The translations under genes and the position numbers were made by a program. Source: an uncultured Rickettsiales bacterium (GTDB lineage: Bacteria > Pseudomonadota > Alphaproteobacteria > Rickettsiales > RI-342). Taken from it: a stretch of DNA of 64,000 nucleotides. The notes below the pieces were generated by a model that did no database searches, was not told the origin of the DNA, and was given only the letters and a program-made list of their open reading frames with translations. Below, piece after piece: positions 59,428-64,000 of this stretch (positions within the stretch are counted from its first letter, which is position 1; every line of letters starts with the position of its first letter). The stretch spans positions 8,126-72,125 of the forward strand of contig CAYSXY010000002.1 of assembly GCA_964435165.1 (NCBI GenBank). The letters run 5' to 3'.

Positions 59428-60131
59428 AACTGGCTGACATCATCACAGTGACCGAACATCACGATCCGGTCGGTTTTGGGGTCTCAGCTCGGCATAACCC
59501 GATCAAGACTCCCGCAGGTTATCCGTTGGTGCTTCCCTATCGTTTGCTGGCAGAAGCCATCGCAGATGAATGGCGTTCGCAGGAAAGCATCCAGAAGATA
59601 AGCCCGGCAAGTATGCCGTTTTATGGGTTGAGTGTGCTGGCGCTGGACATGATGTCGCAGGAGCGTGAGCGCAAGCAGGCAGAGCTTGTCTCTTTCGCCC
59701 GGAATGATTTGCTCTGCTACCGCGTGGATGAACCCGCCGCACTGGTGGAAGAACAATCCAAACTCTGGGATCGCTGGCTAAGCTGGGGCGAGGAGATTTA
59801 TGGCGTGCCGCTCATTGTCACTAAAAGCATCATGCCAATTGAACAGCATGAATTGGTCACGGAGCGTGCCGACGCACTACTCACGGAGATGAATGTGTTC
59901 GAATTGGCCGGGTTTTATCAGGCGGTGCGCTTATCAGGCTCGTTTATTCTGGCCTTGGCGTTTCAGCGTCAACTGCTCTCGCCGAACAAGCTGTATGAAC
60001 TCTCGCAGCTTGAAGAGCGTTTTCAACAGCGTCAATGGGGAGAAGATAGTGAGGCGAGGGAACGTCTGGAGCAACGGCGTCAAGAGTTACATCTGATCTA
60101 CCGCTATGGCCAGTGTATCTCGCATGCGTGA
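59424..60131 (+). CDS. ATP12 family F1-ATPase assembly chaperone
   Basis: LKTPAG.PLVLP...LAEAIADEW pattern. Located after rluC, as in many Alphaproteobacteria (recognised from memory). Confidence 0.7.
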   Translation: MKLADIITVTEHHDPVGFGVSARHNPIKTPAGYPLVLPYRLLAEAIADEWRSQESIQKISPASMPFYGLSVLALDMMSQERERKQAELVSFARNDLLCYRVDEPAALVEEQSKLWDRWLSWGEEIYGVPLIVTKSIMPIEQHELVTERADALLTEMNVFELAGFYQAVRLSGSFILALAFQRQLLSPNKLYELSQLEERFQQRQWGEDSEARERLEQRRQELHLIYRYGQCISHA

Positions 60132-60164
60132 CATGTGATCTCTGTCGTGTCTATTACCGTTATT

Positions 60165-60267
60165 TATAGCCGTTCACATTAATTTTCATACAATCTGAAT
60201 GGCTATGAGGCCGCGACTGCTGCCCGCGCCATAGTTGGCGCGTAAGCCTTAGTGGGAAAAGCTATAG
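60165..60267 (+). repeat. 103 bp dispersed two-hairpin repeat, copy 2
   Basis: 100 of 103 positions are identical to 25747..25849. Located 34 bp after the ATP12 stop and about 70 bp before the ABC-like gene. Confidence 0.85.
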
Positions 60268-60335
60268 GCGTATTTCCCGCCATTTCTTGTCGAATAAGAT
60301 ACCCAACGGCTCGATTTTCACCTATATAGCCCGCG

Positions 60336-62080
60336 GTGAAATGGCTGGAGATAAAGGTGCATCAAATCCCTGCAACGGCGAATGAATTATCACAGGAGAT
60401 AAAACGGCTGATATCGCTGATTATCGCCGATGATAATCGGTTGATCGGCCTAGCATTGATTTATGGGATTGGTATCAGCCTGCTGACACTGTCTGTTCCA
60501 ACAGCCGTACAGATGCTGATTAACTCCGTGGTTCATACCACGTCTGTCACGGCAGTGATGACCCTGGCATTTGTTTTGCTGCTACTGCTGTTGGTCTCCG
60601 GCTTGTTTAATGCGGTACAGGCTTACGTCATGGAGCTGTTCGAACGGCGGTTCTATGCGCGCATCACATCGGAATTTACGCTGCGTATTATCTATGCCGA
60701 TCACACCTATTTTGACCGGATCAACCGCTACGAACTGGTCAATCGCTATTTTGACATCATGACGGTACAATCCATCATACCCAATCTCATTGTCGGTTTG
60801 TTCGCGCTCATTCTGCAAATGATCGTCGGATTTACACTAGTCTCGTTTTATCACCCGTGGCTGTTTCTGTTCAATCTGGGTATCATCATCGTATTATACT
60901 TAATCTGGCGCATCTGGGGACATAATGCCATACGGACCGTTTTTCCTTATCGGCGGCGAAATATGCAACCGCCCATCATTTAGAAGATATCGCACGCGCC
61001 AACAGTTTTTTCAAAACCGCGACCCACATCAATCAGGCATTGAAGAAAAGCGACAGCATGACAGGGCGCTATATTCAGGAACGGCGCCAGCATTTTCGTT
61101 ATACCTTTTCGCAGCATGTTGCCTTGCTCCTATTATACGCCGTTGCCAGTGCACTTCTGCTGGGAGTGGGTGGAATTCTGGTGCTGAGGGCAGAATTGAC
61201 CATTGGCCAGCTTGTGGCGGCGGAGCTGGTGCTAACCGCGGTATTTTACGGGCTTTCACGGGCAGGCTATTATCTTCAGCAATGCTATAAGCTGTTTGCC
61301 GCATTAGAAGAAATATCGCTGTTTTTCGATGTGCCGCTCGAAGCAATGGAGGGAACGAAGACGCTGGACTCCACAGAGTCACTGGTCATTTCCTACCGGC
61401 AGGCAGCCTTTACCGAGGGTGAGAAAGAGACGCGATTCAATTTCGAGATCGAGTCGGGCAAAAATATACTGATCAGTTGCCAAAGCCAGTCTTTGGAGGC
61501 GTTACTGCTTGATACGCTCAAATATTATCGCAAACCGGATAAAGGAAGCATTCTGGTCAATGATCATGCGCTGGAAGATTATGATGTACAGCATATGCGT
61601 GGTCAGATTATCATTCAGGACAGACCGACCATTGTGGAATGCACAGTGGAAGAATATCTGCAATTTGCCTCGTCAGAGAAGATCAGCGCAACCGAGATGA
61701 ATCATGTGCTTGCGCTGGTGGAGCTGGATCAGAAGATCGCCTCGTTGCCACAAGGACTAGCCACCAGCCTCACCGTGACCGGGCTGCCGCTGTCTCTGTC
61801 CGAAACCTTGCGCCTCAAACTTGCCCTGGCATTGTTATCGAAGCCCAAAATACTCGTACTGACGGAATTATTCGACATGATTTCAACCAAGCGCCGTAGG
61901 CGGATTCTGGTCCGGCTGTGCGATGAACCGTCCTTTTCAGTGCTGTATGTGTCGAACCGCATCGATGTAGAGATGTTCGATGACTATTTATATGTGGGAG
62001 CCCGGGAACAGATATGGCTGCCTGATGCCAATGCATTAAGGTCAGTGGAAGAAAGCAACGTTGAGACAGCACATGACTGA
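60336..62080 (+). pseudogene. ABC exporter-like protein (TMD + catalytically degenerate NBD), interrupted by a frameshift
   Basis: ORFs 60336..60983 and 61040..62080 together form one ABC TMD-NBD. The two frames overlap at 60926-60983, and adding one T to the T5 run at 60940-60944 restores ...NAIRTVFSLSAAKYATAHHLEDIARANSFFKT.... In the NBD, Walker A is ESGKNILISCQSQSLEA, the signature is LPLSLSE, Walker B is ILVLTELFD and the H-loop is VSNR. Confidence 0.7.
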
Positions 62081-63098
62081 GCCTTTTTTGCCTGAGCATC
62101 GCGCAGCGTTTCGCCAACTACATGCACTCAAAATTCTGTCACGTACCCATGCGGCCGGGCGCATTCTGCTCATCTTCATGCTTAGCATGTTGCTCTTTAT
62201 GATGCTGGTACCATGGGTGCAAACGGCGCCTGGGCAGGGATTTATCACAGCGCTTCATCCGGAAGACAGGGCGCAGCAAATCAGTGCCATGGTACCGGGG
62301 CGCATCCAGCAATGGCATGTACAGGAGGGTAGCGTTGTCAGTCAGGGGGATCCCATCGTTGAAATTCTCGATAATGATGACCAGCTTATCCAGCGGCTGA
62401 TGGCAGAACGTAATGCCTTGCAGCAAAATATTGAGTTGGATCGGATTGCGGCCTAAACCGCGCGATTGGATTATCAGCGCCAGCGCGATTTGCTATCGAG
62501 CCAGTTGAGCGCACCGCGAGATGTAGAAAATGCCAAAATTCGTTACAAATCCCTGCTTGCGACTCTGGAGCAATCCAAGGTGCAGTTAAATCAAATGGAG
62601 GTGCGGCTGGCGCGACAGCAGGCGCAGACATTGCGGGCGCCTCGGGATGGCACGATCACGCGTATTATTGCGGCCAATATCGCAACGTTGGTGAATCAGG
62701 GAGAGCCATTGGCAACCTTTGTGCCAAAAGACAGTGAGCCTGCTGTGGAACTTTATGTCCGCGGTATCGATATTCCGCTGATTTATCCGGGTCGCAAAGT
62801 CCGGCTGGAGTTTGAAGGATGGCCTGCTGTTCAGTTTTCCGGCTGGCCCTCTGCCGCGGTGGGAACGTTCGGTGGTGTCGTGCAGGTGGTGGACCCATCC
62901 GTCACGCCAACAGGCCAGTTTCGTGTGCTGGTGGTGCCGGATCCCGATGATATGCCGTGGCCGGATCAGCAATTTTTGCGGTATGGTGCCCGTGCAAAGG
63001 GCTGGGTGCTGTTAGATGAGGTCAAAGTAGGGTTTGAATTGTGGCGTCAACTCAACAACTTTCCCCCCGTGGCCGTGAGCGATATTCCCGTGCAATAA
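62073..63098 (+). pseudogene. HlyD family periplasmic adaptor interrupted by an in-frame TAA
   Basis: ORFs 62061..62456 (TM helix plus lipoyl hairpin VPGRIQQWHVQEGSVVSQGDPIVEI) and 62466..63098 (coiled coil plus beta domain) are in the same frame. Only the TAA at 62454-62456 separates them (...ELDRIAA*TARLDYQRQRDLL...). Confidence 0.7.
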
Positions 63099-63230
63099 TG
63101 GTGAAGCATGACGCTGCATACACTATCCGCTTGGAACTGGGGTTCATATTTGCTAACTAGGTACGTTACTATTTCTGCAGCATCATTCTGACGCTGCCGC
63201 TATGTCTGAACAGCGATGGAAAGAATCCCT

Positions 63231-64000
63231 ATGCTTGTGAACACTGTCGTGCGTGAACTGGAACATAAACGTGAACTGGCGCGGCTTGGCGGCGGGCAAA
63301 AGCGAATCGATTCTCAGCATGAGCGTGGTAAGCTGACAGCGCGTGAGCGCATTGAGGTGCTGCTGGACGAAGACTCCTTTGAAGAATTCGACATGTTCAT
63401 GGAGCATCGCTGCACCAGTTTCGGGATGGAGAAAAAGCAGATTCCGGGGGATGGGGTGGTGATCGGCCACGGCACGATTAACGGACGGCTCGTCTTCCTC
63501 TACAGTCAGGATTTTACGGTCTATGGCGGGTCGCTGAGTGAGACCAATGCGAAGAAAATCTGTAAAATTCAAGATATGGCCATGCGCAATGGGGCGCCTC
63601 TGATTGGCATTAATGATTCCGGCGGTGCACGCATTCAGGAAGGAGTGGATTCCTTAAGCGGATTTGCCGAAATTTTTCAGCGCAATGTCCTGGCATCCGG
63701 GGTTATTCCTCAATTGTCTCTTATAATGGGGCCATGTGCGGGTGGCGCTGTTTATTCCCCGGCACTGACAGATTTCATTATGATGACGCGTGGCTCTTCT
63801 TATATGTTCGTTACCGGCCCGGACGTGGTGAAAACCGTGACGCATGAGACGGTCAGCCGGGAAGATCTGGGCGGTGCGGATGTGCATACTCATAAAACAG
63901 GGGTGGCTGATCTCGCTTACGATGATGATATTCAGCTGCTCATGCAAACCCGTCGTCTCATCAACTTTCTGCCATTATCAAACAAAGAAAAACCGCCGGT
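63231..64000 (+). CDS. pccB: propionyl-CoA carboxylase beta chain / carboxyltransferase, 5' part (continues beyond the window end)
   Basis: Not in the ORF track because there is no stop in the window. The translation reads [56 protein letters not shown]...[13 protein letters not shown]...[18 protein letters not shown]. An alternative ATG lies at 63216. Confidence 0.9.
   Translation, partial: MLVNTVVRELEHKRELARLGGGQKRIDSQHERGKLTARERIEVLLDEDSFEEFDMFMEHRCTSFGMEKKQIPGDGVVIGHGTINGRLVFLYSQDFTVYGGSLSETNAKKICKIQDMAMRNGAPLIGINDSGGARIQEGVDSLSGFAEIFQRNVLASGVIPQLSLIMGPCAGGAVYSPALTDFIMMTRGSSYMFVTGPDVVKTVTHETVSREDLGGADVHTHKTGVADLAYDDDIQLLMQTRRLINFLPLSNKEKPP

Noticed and set aside
63108-63194. 28 aa ORF (MTLHTLSAWNWGSYLLTRYVTISAASF) right after the HlyD-like gene, considered as an exported peptide.
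   Set aside because: It has only a weak RBS, no double-glycine or other leader motif, and there is no way to assess conservation here. It is too short to support.
63183-63572. 129 aa minus-strand ORF near the window end.
   Set aside because: It is antisense to the clearly recognisable pccB reading frame, which starts at 63216 or 63231 on the + strand and is missing from the track only because it has no stop in the window.

Overview
This 64 kb chromosomal window is probably from an alphaproteobacterium. The taxon is inferred from gene content and order: lysC-ptsP, hisS-prfA-prmC-DUF4167, rluC-ATP12, and an str/S10/spc/alpha ribosomal cluster without infA or rpmJ. GC content is a little above 50% by eye. 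All calls come from reading the translated ORFs and the raw DNA; no database search was possible.

Core content:
- nrdA/nrdB, preceded by NrdR boxes.
- A stand-alone C-terminal half of the B12-dependent methionine synthase.
- lysC, an NMO/FabK-like flavoenzyme, ptsP, a RodZ-like protein, hisS, prfA, prmC, DUF4167, a DUF3108-like protein and clpB.
- The ribosomal super-operon from rpsL to rplQ (37.7-55.2 kb), including fusA, secY, adk and rpoA. There is no tuf gene between fusA and rpsJ.
- A tightly overlapped degP-rarA-crcB-rluC-ATP12 string, and the 5' part of pccB.

Accessory and unusual content:
1. At 26-37.4 kb, a PrtD-type ABC gene, a HlyD gene and a CHASE2 adenylate/guanylate cyclase gene form one translationally coupled operon. 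It is transcribed divergently from a MuF (phage Mu F / SPP1 gp7) domain protein that carries an AT-rich C-terminal module and a tightly coupled 75 aa ORF. This is the polymorphic toxin/immunity architecture, yet no prophage genes are present. Downstream lie a disrupted orphan MuF fragment, a 438 aa coiled-coil orphan protein and a TolC gene.
2. A 103 bp two-hairpin repeat occurs twice at 97% identity. Its substitutions preserve pairing through wobble on the + strand. A diverged inverted copy sits inside the MuF remnant.
3. A second ABC/HlyD pair at 60.3-63.1 kb has a catalytically degenerate NBD, a homopolymer frameshift and an in-frame TAA.
4. A three-gene operon at 22.2-25.5 kb encodes a small membrane protein, a SAM methyltransferase and a sulfatase-like protein, probably for envelope modification.

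No tRNA, rRNA, CRISPR array, transposase or integrase was recognised.
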